From: Candidatus Heimdallarchaeota archaeon
GTDB taxonomy: Archaea > Asgardarchaeota > Heimdallarchaeia > Heimdallarchaeales > Heimdallarchaeaceae
Assembly: GCA_019057815.1 (NCBI GenBank)
Contig: JAHLWR010000006.1
Location: forward strand, 125,298-189,297
Length of the DNA: 64,000 nucleotides
Direction of reading: 5' to 3'
Shown here: positions 34,501-43,500 of the stretch, in pieces
Layout of the letters: every line of letters starts with the position of its first letter
How positions within the stretch are numbered: the stretch's first letter is position 1
The notes under the pieces: model-generated
What the model was told of the DNA's origin: nothing
What the model saw: the letters and a program-made list of their open reading frames with translations, nothing else
Database searches by the model: none
Made by a program: the position numbers and the translations under genes

Positions 34501-37500
34501 TCCTGTAAAGTAATCGATATGACATCGTTTCCTCCAGAACTAAGAATAAATGTTTGTTTTCCTTTAAATGCTGGGTATTCTTGTAGTACATCAAAACCAT
34601 ATTCAATAATTAAATTAGGTGAAAAAGCTTCTTCATGAGTAAGTTCTATACCGTGCCACCCTGTACCATAATCAAATGAAGGTATCAATTGGGAGTTAGA
34701 TAATGTAACGTTGTCATTATTTTGAGTATTTAACGACCATTGTGACAAATTATCATTGAATCGTTCTTCAAATACTCTGTGCCTTAAAATAGTATAGCCA
34801 TTCTTATACGAAGCTGTTACAGCTCCTACAGCTATTGAAAAACCATCTTCAGTACCTAAAATTATCTCCATCATTTTTGATTGTTGATATAAAGATGGTT
34901 CGTCTAGTACCACTTCAAAAATAGTTGTACCAGATGTTTCAAATTTGAGAGAATCATTAGTTTTAGTTAGTTTAAATGTAAATTGACCTCCACTGAAACT
35001 AGTAGTATCTTGAATATATCTCTCATATCCGTCGACCAAAATATAATAACGATTCCCCTTTCGACCAGCAGCTAAAAATGTTTCATCCTCATCATTAACT
35101 AAGCCTAATTGTATAATATCAGATGAAGAGATTTCTTGAGCAGTAAAGGTTATTTCAATTTTTACGTCGCCTGCAACATTAAAGTCAATATAAATTTTTG
35201 ATCCATAGGTTTCTATACTTGTTTTATTAAAATCAAAAGATAATTGTGTTTCACCAGTAGGTGCACCTTCCCAATCCCCAAAATTAGTAATGTTTGAAGC
35301 TATTTCTCCACAATAATCGTTGTAAACCGTTTGCCAAGTCTGTGTGGAGAATTTTGGATAATAAATTTCATTAGTGGAATCAGTGTAGTCAAAAAGCGAA
35401 ACATATCCTGATGGTTCATCTCCAGCATATATTAACATGTCATGATCAATATAAGTTGCTGTTCCTCTTCTATAGTAATCCCATGCAAATCTTGAATTTC
35501 CGAAAGGAGTAGCGCCAGTAAAACCTATAGTGTCAAGATAAATAGGCCAAATGAAAGGTGTTATGATTTCTATTGTAAGAATAGCTCTGAAGTTTAGATA
35601 TTCAGGGTTAATTGGTGTAATATATTGGTTGAGTCCTTTTCCATGTTCTATGTTCATTTTAGCAATTAATCTTCTACTTAGACCTGTACCATCAATATTA
35701 TCAATGTAAAAAACTACTTCTACATCTTCAGGTCCAGCATTCATAGCTCTTAGATGTAATCTGTCAGCTGCGAAGTCATCTTTCATTTCTATCTCTATAT
35801 TATTGACATTAACATCGATGTATTGTGAATAGATGCCAATATATCCTTTGTTGAAGGAAGTATCAATTAGATTTATTGATTCAGAATTAGGAATTAGAAT
35901 AGATATACTATACTCGCTGTAGATTATAGAAACAGTATAAACAAAGTTTTTTGTTATTGTTTCTTGTCTCTCATATAATATAGTAGTGGCACCATTGTTT
36001 TTCCTACAAAGTTTTATGAAACCATCATTTGAACCACCAATACCAAACTCTAGAAGATAGCCATCATTCGTTTGATTGTTATAATTAAACCATATACCAA
36101 AAATTGATTGGAATAGATCAGTGTAGTCAATGATTTTAAATTCAAATGTAGCAATATATGAATCGTTAAATTCTTCATTTAAATGAGCGTTTGTATTCCA
36201 ATAGTCAGAAAGTGTATCGGTCTTTAAAACACCATCAGAAATGTGTGTAAAATTCTCATTATATTCCCAATTATCTAGATCGTAGGTTTCAAATGACGAA
36301 GTATAAACAGGAATAGTGTTTTGGATTAAATAAGACACATACCCTCCATCTATATTATTGTCTATCATTAAAGTAGGATTATTATAAGAAGAATATCCGT
36401 AACTTTCATCATAAACGAAATCATCTACTTCCTTGACTATGGAGTTATATAACGACTTTGAATAGTCTTCAGCTTGAATAGTTTCCCCAGGGGTATAATA
36501 ATCATCAAATATTTCTCCATCAATGAATAAATAGTGTAATATTAACCCATTATCGGTAAGATCAATATTATCCCACCATGAGAGTTTTATTATGAGGTTT
36601 ACATAATGACCAGCAAATTCCGATAGATCTATGTTATTAACAGCTGGATAACCATCAACATATTCATATTCTGAAACAATGTTGATATATCCTCCTCGAT
36701 TATCCAAATCAAAAATATCAAATTCTATTTTAAAAGTTGTATTGAGACTCTCAGTAAAAGAGGAGAACAAATAAGATAATGTTGGGTTGTAAACGGAAGG
36801 AACACAAAAATAAAATGACATTTCTTTCCAACTTGCTTGAATACCATTGGTTTTTACAACTCTAGCATTATGTCCAAGATATTCTCCAGTAACATATCCT
36901 ATCTCAGAAGTTAGTCCTCTAGCAAGAGGATATATATCTTCAGAAAGCGTTTCTTTTGTGAGAAGATCAACTTGATGAAGTGCTGAAGTATATAATGAAA
37001 CCTCTTTAACTGAAACATCATAAAGATTCTCATCATTATCGATTATTTCGATAGTTACAAAATCAACATTTGGAAAGATGTAATAGTCTATTCTAACGGA
37101 ACGAAGAGAGTTAAAGTTTGTTTCTTCATATATTAATTGTGATGTGTTACTATCATAAATACGAATTTTATTAATAGAGTCAGACGTTTCAGTGTTTGTT
37201 AATACAGTTAGCAAAAGAGGAGAATATCCGTTCCATAAGCTTATATCTACCGACTTTTTAGTAAATTTATCATCGGATAAAATCAAGCAATTATACTTTG
37301 TTGAAAGACTGTTTCCCATCCACCCTTTATATTCCTCATTCTCAAAAAGTATATCGTGAACAAAATAATACTCATTTGTTGAATATAGACCTGTTTCACA
37401 CAATATTTGTGACACACTAGATAGCGTTACAAATAAAACCAATATTACAGAAAATGTTTTTGTTATACCTTTTTTTCTATTTTTCGCAATAATATTTCCA

Positions 37501-37511
37501 ATGTTTTTCAT
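19575..37511 (-). CDS. Giant 5978-aa secreted/membrane protein: signal peptide, tandem lectin/ConA-like beta domains, internal hydrophobic-amphipathic segment, large C-terminal region
   Basis: Uninterrupted 17.9-kb ORF; basic n-region then hydrophobic FSVILVLFVTLSSV; acidic beta-rich aa ~40-3950; hydrophobic aa ~4010-4070, ~4173-4186 and ~4494-4540; K-rich C-terminus; AGGAGG upstream. Confidence 0.85.
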   Translation of the reverse strand: MKNIGNIIAKNRKKGITKTFSVILVLFVTLSSVSQILCETGLYSTNEYYFVHDILFENEEYKGWMGNSLSTKYNCLILSDDKFTKKSVDISLWNGYSPLLLTVLTNTETSDSINKIRIYDSNTSQLIYEETNFNSLRSVRIDYYIFPNVDFVTIEIIDNDENLYDVSVKEVSLYTSALHQVDLLTKETLSEDIYPLARGLTSEIGYVTGEYLGHNARVVKTNGIQASWKEMSFYFCVPSVYNPTLSYLFSSFTESLNTTFKIEFDIFDLDNRGGYINIVSEYEYVDGYPAVNNIDLSEFAGHYVNLIIKLSWWDNIDLTDNGLILHYLFIDGEIFDDYYTPGETIQAEDYSKSLYNSIVKEVDDFVYDESYGYSSYNNPTLMIDNNIDGGYVSYLIQNTIPVYTSSFETYDLDNWEYNENFTHISDGVLKTDTLSDYWNTNAHLNEEFNDSYIATFEFKIIDYTDLFQSIFGIWFNYNNQTNDGYLLEFGIGGSNDGFIKLCRKNNGATTILYERQETITKNFVYTVSIIYSEYSISILIPNSESINLIDTSFNKGYIGIYSQYIDVNVNNIEIEMKDDFAADRLHLRAMNAGPEDVEVVFYIDNIDGTGLSRRLIAKMNIEHGKGLNQYITPINPEYLNFRAILTIEIITPFIWPIYLDTIGFTGATPFGNSRFAWDYYRRGTATYIDHDMLIYAGDEPSGYVSLFDYTDSTNEIYYPKFSTQTWQTVYNDYCGEIASNITNFGDWEGAPTGETQLSFDFNKTSIETYGSKIYIDFNVAGDVKIEITFTAQEISSSDIIQLGLVNDEDETFLAAGRKGNRYYILVDGYERYIQDTTSFSGGQFTFKLTKTNDSLKFETSGTTIFEVVLDEPSLYQQSKMMEIILGTEDGFSIAVGAVTASYKNGYTILRHRVFEERFNDNLSQWSLNTQNNDNVTLSNSQLIPSFDYGTGWHGIELTHEEAFSPNLIIEYGFDVLQEYPAFKGKQTFILSSGGNDVISITLQDADENSKATYLMIHHGETIVYQNIIENKILNYVVRIVKEEYDCKISLYDRDSWSDLVTIDLSFSELIFDEIKLKQTAYENTPYIDAYVNDLIIDEYYYKMGYETSSINTIFNDDLYPAWLSGIWEETYTNCAETDFSISNKDDLLYIIPTNPSLTTANVTFTRNLNASDTDFTIDILMSAIANLNTGQFRLLLNDETLKLTVVFSGTNMIFTLESNTDTSTITLDKTILNYNTLRITKSGTSVVLYSDILHLYSLEPMISISSNSEAINNIKLEITTNPSNNPITFAFGNVVFSDSAANAYLSPWSDGHIIINDHFQTLNWDVNGIGYYTNSYSLIDGTKLLTDFGVNKSNWYGNTYSYKHSFQRDFYFDIRLSFLLDGSEGIISLVLENSIRHHNLFQLDIISTSQSSIEIILLIDGIKQDTYVTSQKLDQNVFRIERIGNTLSIYSDISSNQLNKIFEYTNEIENINIDRIKLKQLAKSYTAHTMLIDAIYLNARNMPVSNPVPPITVAEFVPRIYETDFVIMDDFSTHTYGETSTDDVPFSHSGGLKTLFNFNTPSEGLRGRSYFKDIICVEDFILSFKPLVDLEYNNIGILKIELLDNSYQTVFTILMVFNDTLQVDIYLYDKLVLSYEDDGITEVNKWFRFARKGDNLLFAICRGDYFIPVSETFDYDLESLPSLHSDIFGLRITQAAPYTGIITPNEFIISNIMINTAQQDETGLLSREIPTEQNFIASYDMWIEEETKLSITALSNYYSFENITERLQLLVYLLPIGESFDINSAYFVGGIIFLDNDIDTYTHSLMIIGYNGLFEVIICIDRMIPISLYMLETGYPQSWAEAEEDYVYSSDMFGWEEEFEGYLSPTGWDESVWTKEIFLSQQTLSSSLWTASGMEIQFSNNLMIIDHTTTQTCQATLHIPPLNVSNYPFFSFDIMTEEKFPEGTIYLVIENMTFDITPNIDTTLGFVSIKKNLYEILYPFTNNLLGEITIKVTSPCKIFLRNFMIYKIYGYNYLHYDDSSVVSTVDSIADVGVHYSTNTILTFLLGSHCTPERYAEEQDFVTMIQSLYEVPVISFDSDDPEFIQWFNNSININKQVILTIFDEIPTKLIEEYYIYDHFGRPFITTLLEEWQYVGNYLLWVGTEPFMRGVDEDGSLHLLTYDDYKKFSGRLIDSAQIGGSVAINISSFGMDIGMDQYEATWLVNASSLPSSIGEWVGGYVNLEGVEYNETEHGDLIITNPLMFYENWLSTFIGYGYGFMAQTDITIFMCLLDKVFIPPTDDDVIFGNLLLRGPIKLEKEFSFTNPYKFMFVGTSDKVIFEIESQNISFVTSDVIELNKYDIQQISGYSIVVNETMMVSIDEISFITENIDTSPHIFNFDEPDKLEYDHNFVPTYGDFMYSNNDYVLVQNSSTGYSSAYLNTQSYGDCVIQLEMGVYPRNYYNSTAGIMINIPESDPDNLFFDSIFVGFTVKGYSYDDWTYPVSLIVARYYSDSSYDILYLNEITKLGNSFDGNKDIIVPLKLTIVKTFSETGISLNIFAKTYRTYPRYGIEELLEIQYLDDGIYECHNGWFGDNSKIDYDMRSKGQIGLYANNTNFTYNYLSISPLLANDSGDYVNLNSGSSHVSSDGLWLDGTIETPYQDNTDTNFIISILNPQQNIVSFDKEKYIKIAIENNLGQEREIIFSRYGWGTYVDDHLYSLDFFGYRTVDAFYEINPNEYDKPYFVAVSVNHGDVIFTVWKAGDYEHRETKYYTGMFGMDSVADVRLSISTVNSLAYIDYISNGKMQASDLVYAYGRGLWGAGEVSYWLKGDSKYSLLLDESSISSTYTMYNATLNIFNALFLMNGTTDASFISSYNSLNLFNISIIDNYLYFNNSYLDFIFLNEHFYDLSYSFNQTHQELTIIDTTKNSQEPISWSFTENTTLIEGYLYDIEISATKGMLFLAEVIIDTLNSYFTTCNMDNWVYDTQLNEPLFSNEYSNTTCYLQVFANPLLGPTKITVYGDGQLIGEKMVKYSPMASFHPILISLQNFDTVGLHLYTLHFDNLIELDRLALGESIPITDWLYTAPDEDVDELIDSIYKIDFNSPEEYIISIVNDETMGNVTELFNGDNYCDFILDIKPATALEIYYKIPNGDSIIISIPTLAMYINDYNYDSRNLLIELVLSGDSSLDKQIYTEGFNDYQLVRIYDTIVDDDSWHHYQSLFTTYLQYVEYLPVGESKLIDLLTELDASEPMALVKNCYTIAKYTSFGSYPLSITANTGSSIFVDNFALYVPPAAVWPSEDLESVSMPVASHWKEISANNLGRIDFTDLFNIYPGNDTSFYLSFTTKTVSECYGSLVINTNMEFELLIPTMYSYQPPILGEYDSVIHILPIHVYGGLSRFIFRVMNHGMQNISLDTTLFFQVDVILDHVFLPQLNSIELQRDELNNTFIPEYVVSTPSTWIDMEGEWAPNGSPWINFYDNNSMSFGIYDFLQRAVPLPGDILVNNVSKAEVYFERSKINEYGNIMSLGDIEEYDNNSQILCTFYLYLLADIVDPYSFILHSNLNIDQLAAIFVDGVAIHYPTAYNGTSFDTLLPITDTNDKFKLEIMGEPYSIYDSYLGDTFNTSWHRKGFHSFSFFLNRINSETLNFSISIEGLTDAIIPFAGPTDYSLDLSEKLSQNRLYLVLDEYKGGLNIPYSSTTDVARRPYTSKDYLYSSVNYDGFMFHVTRMVWIGVADYDDTDKVGYVVAAIIYDQSTNHEAQEIYIQKVEVQSTAPCGLETNSLAKMKSLGLESSTYNSHILGYTEIFVSQAVNTITGESSNVLTLQESDFNIQSIGSSMNIELQNVVDIEIWDVGKQHVHLGIKDSFTITIKNGSFTDFSGSQMRITLHNRVITINLLTKQLHILYGSNALAYEIGKASISVSSSYGDAILSSTGLFIITDITVDDVDSRPLSPSQTLSKACITLSEYLTSIDYFGAFIALSKSLYRQLHDFIQREVLCPIKQVFNAFKFIFNELFTPNSTFWQNIWEHKDAYAIMAGLMFVTYLVGFVVCPYLATVGLPFMGMIGSAFVIGLWIEGALFVGMIVLDMLNYPNFIAEGLTYQFQVMIDKIVAWFSDAWKFITTTFNVLFSHELSFNNKMAYLKGVAERSWQSVSGFFQNIWKKLTIAWKAIAGWAKAGVKSMSGDADTQLAILRKFTFLLFWVLTIGGCTGGSSVYEYPFVNSNTDELLHLNYRAHNVEFVDEHFGSHEWQVGEENAFMALLVNFARLYVQKEQGNGNYEIGFYDDEHWESNDTRVAAAAELLRNLGFVVSISETVGANTSSIYVPFTKNNSSNYLPDGTVRESDIVIYKVYDDESNPDSTWHYEWFMGLSDNAILPGGFGLGMGESTFMGVMEMFLAKFDIIALWQDIRDMFLDPDDFYRRLAMAQIPGDIAALVSRGPDPIAEAQNVLQQQLKDGQAWRKYMGQVTEDMKDLGLSPKLSVPVHPQRKIVRDGFETISDVWENNKNIQKTIRNRKLYSLLTASAVMQFLNWGIFLPQMLYQKVLGGVMGLPEALVMTGLQLFCKMRPLSKTKLARIVSGMDPQKLRGNNAWKLGQSFGHTFWFHNVMEWMYDLQDISELESILPTLGIEIEDWDHYVPPPNYKFSLNTDVPTDGSIEIENYKVNPVDESEPKRPTYKELFKESICERERLNFYLQYLRSVTSRGIIYDETYIQELRDTVKKGDITKEWMSAHERYWEDSGTKPEDELLNIWIMKDTTSKQSSFITTSDGRVLIPLDKIIPGNVPVNNFIKWSSAEDYENTPLFDMLYIIKKAQDLEQVITDDFLNNVGQKVSMKEFGKWVESEQAGYKDFIEWVKKSKKYNTNDIYKIGFRNLVQEMMNLYYEFRFEHTGSKEKIHFASTFYRDMMVLQEPLLKQQMMEKVEHTIHDRAEKDLPSNDLISPWLRAVVDENGKVTDIIPSFEVDGTGRVTTESLKWLFEKTDDQKYHGEKQGKDAFIAGKKLIPTYHYNSETHKTTITYEQIDVMINVEAKCYSGEYSISDLTGTKNTIFVNELSLDAQSFLRHAGIIYGVTEKNELFVKQYSTPNGGTLNTKNIIGTVQREYDVFPGKNNRWTVADLIVALDAKNADAGYNIIQHLQKQAIISDLTAFAQGELAPIRDENGFIIEYDSGGTPSDYRLHLSHSSDNLGTNIDMIKYRAHTEVYSIRLPGTTTEITEVEFDGKTSSINLHAESFVRSNNPTHRNVLEFKSKDGTKYQVTPAIFYAEESGKYYTFKQDGSVWLADSAQNLRAQIIDELKTVLDINMENNLPAISSVAKQYMAINEQFERQMITGLINGLTNGYYDNVNTRRGWELNLFETVHKAHSDLDYSPNVDTHTSLLLQRQTNENGMFETPQSSRRTRAELLYGANAFTDYTSSVGRYSTTDKMLMNVQGSLDFDSEMDQMLGEKITISTKNIDSENTHMRTTNKRFQDQIKKLEEMGKINNLVSAVSSTVLLIRLAETTLYAGGSTQCIVVRNSQGNIMQFLEISKRKIGEEDRICLDDLISHMSQMTKSNAPKVYTSNEEYIQTEGTNIIKLEYLKEYNKGGTLDQYIINAIENIETKSISFGNDGEMPFDTPFRTQTEEGSPTRLGWSIPGARRLLKYALLKDEIPRRCKFGPYYFNKENAHEKIKQTYDIYKGTLTPQELTVRDILDNEIELKGALQIYLSNKRYYSEGKYISNTDQIKTIKEMIDIIVEIMRMGQHGYTFGRGPDSILNELEYKKLANILIAPFISRIYDAITNGGQWRPVSRSIMEQEFGKDVIVWKDDTPLFVKLATNKESIAIEYYRQTVRQASTQKKLSYAEYIDEKIKDTAKDTTEYNILKAIQLALNPFATVPNRLIRKDANGREIGFVVSETAKFYHVLYELVRSEKQLKAINDNTTPWNKFELWTGMALVNAWESLREIGARASISDKFNAMSKMFDDFQSTFGTNKNALSNARWIISWVNVQEFMKQWDRISRK

Positions 37512-40500
37512 TTTTTAATCATCCTCCTTAAAAAAAGCTTAATGTCATTAGGTCTCAATTTTTTTGTAAAAATAAGTGAAATAGAAGCTACAGAAATAGT
37601 TACCCCTATTAATATTGGGATTAATATTTTAACATAATCATTTTTACCGCTTAAGTCCTCAATGACAGGTTCTATTGTAATATTCTTAGTGGAAGCATAA
37701 AGTTGGTTAATGTTGTTTTCCCATACTTCAGCAAAAACAGTAACATTCTTCTGAGGATAAAAAACATATGTTAAACTTTTCTCGTAATATCTATCTATTG
37801 TTATCCACTTACTATCGTTACCATATTTAAGTGAAAGTCTAATCTTGTATATTCCGCTATCTGAAGAAGTAGTAACGTCAATTATGTATTTATTACCTTC
37901 TTCTTGTTTGGTTATATAGACAGTTGGTGGACTTATATCTGGTTCTAATTGAAAATTGAAAAGTGTTATATTGAACTCATCAGAATAAGTCATGATTTTG
38001 CCATCAGTAGCCCTAAAGGAGTAAATATCGGCAAACAACTCACAATTATTCGGTAATCTGTTTAATGATAAAGTAGTGATCCATTCATTTCCTATAGTTC
38101 TTGTAAGAGGTAAAAATATGTCCATACTGCTAGCTGATGAACCAACAACAATACCCATAGGCATATATGACGTTATATATTTTGGAACACTAAAAGTAAC
38201 TAGAACATTTTCTACATCTTCATCGTAAGAATACTCAATTGGAACAATATCAAAATTATTATCTACACTATGAGAAGAATCTGTAGAATTGAGAGACACC
38301 TTAGGTATTGAAGGACATTGTACAAAACCTCCACCAAATGAAACTAAATAATAATGCCAAGTAATCCCCCAACCTGGATAATCGTCGTTACCAAAGGTGT
38401 CTACTGCATAAATAGTGAAATAAACTGTTTTACCTGCTGGAGCCCCGGGGATATACCCACGCCAAGTACCATCCCAATATGAACCTGAAATTTTAGACAT
38501 AGTTACAGAGTAAGGACTTGTAGATGAACCATGACCGCTCCAATAATATTTAACTTGAGCGTAATCAATTCCTACATTATCGGATAAATCTGCGTAGATG
38601 GGAACAGAAGTATATTTTGGTTGGGGAGGAAGTGTACCTGTCCAACTATCGATAACAGGATCATCACCATCATACCAGACGAAGTCTTGTGTTGCACTGT
38701 ACCATACGTCGCCACCATAATGGTTAGCTGAATCGATTTTATATCTATATGTTAGTGAAATATCGGGTCTATATCCATAATTGTACTCCATGAGATAAAC
38801 TATGTAATGGTAAATATTCCCACTACCTACACTTGTACCAGAATAACTGTATCCATTAAGATTAACCCAAGCAGTATCGTATTTATACTGCAATTTTGTA
38901 TTACCACCTGGACAACTGGTGAAACTTTCTGGTGGTGCGTTATCTTCATACTCTAAAGAATAAGAAGCAGTATTACCGAATGTTGTAGATGTTAAATAAA
39001 GCGAGTTTGGATAGAGATAAGGTGCATTATCAGATATGAAATGTATTAGTTGGCATTGTATAGATGAAGACCCACCCGCATAATAGATCTTGATATCTGC
39101 TCTACCATCTACTGGATAAATATTTGTACTTCCACTATGGAACTTTCTAAAACTAGGAATCATAGTGAAACGCCATTTAGAAGTATAAGTATCTACTTGT
39201 GTTTTAGACCCATACCAACTATAACGAATGCAGCCATAAGAAGAACTATATTGATAAGGTGTAAAAACATAATCAATTCTTACAGTCTGATGTTGCGACC
39301 AATGAGTATCTGGATCATTAACAATGACTTCAAAATAGAAACTGTTCTTAAATTCATTTTGATGATCATAAATATATTTTGTTGTAGTATCAAGGTTCCA
39401 CGTTGCGGAAACGAATTGTTGAGCATGTGTATCATCCAAAGTTATATCAACAGAGTAAGTGCACGATGAAGCACCACCATCATTTTGTGTGACTGTAATT
39501 GTAATATAAATCATGTCCCCTCCACTGACAGCTTCATTTCCTGAAAACAAATCTGTAAGTACATAGTATTCATCGAAATACGCAAAACCGTTGTGAATGG
39601 AATGTAGGTCGTTAAATGTTACAAAATAACCCGTAGTATAGTCTGTTATTGTTAAATCAACAGTATATGCGCTAGCTTCGTAGATTTTGTAAAAAACTTT
39701 GTAAGTGTCATCTATACAATGGTCTCCTCCATTATTGTCACTAAAACTTAGGTAGAAAATATTTGGTTCAGCACTGTCACTAAATGTTATTACATCCCAT
39801 GGAGATGTTCCTGACGAAAATTCTTTTGTGTCTGAATAAAACGCACCTGTGTGATCAATAAATTCCCATCTATATGTTATAGTAAGGTCATAATTCCATT
39901 CACAGACTGTATCAGTCTGATAAATAGAACCATCCCACAAGATAGCGTCATGTAAATCAATGGTGATATACAGATGATTTCCTGCAGCGTAGCTTGTTGA
40001 GATATCGTTGATAACAGCTGTACGTATGTGACTTTTAGTTGTGTCCCAATCTGCCCAATACTCAAGAGTAATTGCTATTTCATTATCATAGTTATAAGTT
40101 AAACTAGTAGTTAATTCAGCATACTCAAGAAAACCAAACTGTGAAGTAATACAAAAAGATAATTCAGCATAACTATCAACATTAATATCTCCTGTTGTAG
40201 TGCTTACACCACCGACACCGAGATGAATAGCCCCATAAGAACGAGAAGCGCAAATGAATGGTTCCCAAATAATAGGTGGTTCGCTACCTGTTTGGCTATA
40301 TGAACCCAAATTATCAAGTACAGTATAAGAACATCCATAATCAACAACTAAGAAATAGTATTCTATACCATTAGGTCCTAGAATGTTTGTTTCGAGTTCA
40401 GCTTTGAAAGTAAAAATAGGTGACACTAAATCAGTCATTACAACTTTGGTAAAGGGAGTGTCTGGGTTATAAGGATCATAAGGTCTCCAACAGAACCATA

Positions 40501-43500
40501 CAATATCTGTATAAAAGGCAGCATCATCACTTTTACAATAAAATTCAACAGTTGTTGAACCGCCCCATAGGTAAGTATTTGGTAGAGGGTGATTAGAATC
40601 AAGATATAAGTTTGGTGGATTGAGGTCTTCAATATATAACGTAATCGGATCTGGGGGAAGTGCATAATTTACACAAGGGTGACCCTCAAGAATATTAACT
40701 ATTTGTTTTAGTTCTGTTACCTCTAAAGTAGCAGTACCTGGATGACTAATCTCAGCAAGTATGTCATCAACAATGATAGTTACATATACTTGCATTACTC
40801 TCCGGTATGGGTCGGCAACAGTGCCCTCACCACATGTCTCATGTCTAACATATTCACTTACAATTGCTATACTTGTCAAAGTATACAGCTCTTCGTCAAG
40901 TGTATAACTTTCAGAACCAAGTGTTATTGTAATAGTTGCATAAATCCTATAATCTATACCAAAATCTGTAGTAGTTATATAATCATCTTGTATGCACATA
41001 AAGACGATAAGATCATTAAATGAATCTTCTGATATTGCAGCATCTCCATAGTTAGTCTTAACTTTTGGATCTCCCCAAGCCGGAACGAAGTGGGGACTAG
41101 TAATATCGTCAACTATAACATATGAACTAATACTACTTTCTCTACTATCTACATGTCCTGATGCATAACCAATCTCAGTATACCACAATATAAAGTATAA
41201 TTCGTGTTGTCCAGGATATCTGAAAAACATATCAGGTTGGTCGTCCATATCTCTTTCCAGTTCTAAGCTGATCATGCCCTCTGCTGGATAAGGTAATACA
41301 CCTGAGAATAGTTTTACCTCATCATCAGGTCTATATGTGTTTGTACCTTCTTCACCTATCTTATAAATAACAAAGATTTCCAGCGTTACAGCATATAAAA
41401 TATTAGGAATAATAACTAGTATCTTACCACCATTATCTAAACCAATACTTTGTTCGACCACATATACTTCATAATCTCCTGCTGCTGTTCCATCAGGATA
41501 GAGAATATCAAAACTTACTATATTATTTTGTATCTCTACGTAATTAGTTTCTATTTCAATACTAAAATATGGCTCTCCTATGAATACTTCTGCATATTTT
41601 CCTGCCTCTATGTTTATTATTAAAGCAAAAGTGTATTCGTCGAACTCTACCAAATCTGCCCAAACAATTGTCCAAGAAATATCCCAACAAAAGTCTTCTA
41701 AGGCACTTTCAACCGTTATATCCGTTGTTGATGCAATAAAATAAACAATATCGGTATTATCAGTATTTACTAATCTTATTTCTATATTATCTGCTACAAT
41801 AGGCCATATCTCGTATACTTGCATTTTTAATGTTGAATCGTAACCTGTTGCAAGTAATCTTCCTCCATCCCAAATATTACCGTCCTCATCTTCAAAATAA
41901 GGTTCTCCCTCACTCGAAAATATCCATGCATCTTGGTCAGATACTTGATAAATATAATCAAACTCTTCTCTTTGGTGAGTTAAGGCGTCTGTAATTATTA
42001 TTTTTAGTTTTACGTTTAAGATATAGTTGTTCTTCTCAACACTCCATTGTAAGTCACTATAATCTATATAATCACTGTTGTCGATAGTAATTTCTCTTGT
42101 CTCATAATTAGTTGTCCAATCGAAGTTTGCAAAATCTACTAGAGTATATGTGGTGGAAGTTCCTAAAGCCATTTTGATTTCTAAACTAGAACTACCATCT
42201 AGCACACATTCATCTTTAACTGTTACAAAAATTGATATTGTATTGGTATGTCCTATAGTAATACTGTCAAAGACTGTGTCTTTTGTTAAAGTGTATTTCT
42301 GACTATAAGGTTTTATTTGAACTAATTCTATATTGGGAGCATATTCATCTGTTAGCGAAAAAGTAAAATCATCTGTGTCCCCTGTATTAGGGGAAGAAGT
42401 ATATGTTCTAGAGTTATCACCTGTATCTTTAATTATTATTCGATATTTGATGTTATTTGTAGGTTGTGTAATATATGAATGTAAAGTTTCTTTAAATATA
42501 TTATAAGTATAGGCATAATTATAGCTGTCTATTTGGGAAGCTGTTGTTACTTCACCTACGTTAATACTCCAAGTTGAACCACCATCAATAGAAAAGTCTA
42601 CTATGATATCTTCATTAGTAATTCCAGTGCTAATATCCATCCCTGTTCCAGTTTCAAAAACAGTAAAACCTAATACTAGATTAACAATATCTTCAGGTTC
42701 AAGACCTTGTTGTAAATTATAATCAGAAGGGTTTACAAAAAATGTTCCATCAACTATTTCAGGAGGAGTAGTATCATCAACCGATAAGGTTTCAGGATTA
42801 CTACCGTAAAGGTTCCCACTTAATGTCACGCCAATTGTATAAGTTGTTGTTAGCGAAAAAAGGAAATAGTAATGGTAACTTCCACTTTCCCAACTAAACG
42901 ATGAATCAAATATTATATTATAGTCACAGTATTCTCCATTTGAACCATCGTAACTCATAGCATAAGCTGTATATGTTCCTGAACTTGGGGTATCTTCCAA
43001 CCAAATATCTACGTCCATATCACTGTGATAAGCAATATTATTCTCTTCTATTGTTATAGCAACTGACCATGGATCAGAAGAATCGATAGATACTGCAGCA
43101 CTATGACTTACTCCTACTGGAACTTCATCATCATAAACCCTCCACGAAGGAAGAGAACTGTCGATTGTTATATGGTTAGGAGTTGATGCTGTATCTTCAA
43201 TATAAATTGAAGTGATGATAATGTTATCATCAGGAACATAGTTATTACATTCAACAATAAAAATTGCTGTTGATGTACCATCAACTGTACTTATGTATGT
43301 AGTTCCTTCAATTTCATAGTTTACACGTATTAAACTTATACCTTCATTATCACTTGTAGTTACTACAAATTTAAAAGATGTACTACTAGTAGCTTGCAGT
43401 GTGCTGCTATGAGCTGAAGTTCCCACATATGCAGGAGGAGTTTTATCTTCAGATATAAATCCAATTTCGGGTGTTAAATCACTCCATTTATTGCAAATGT

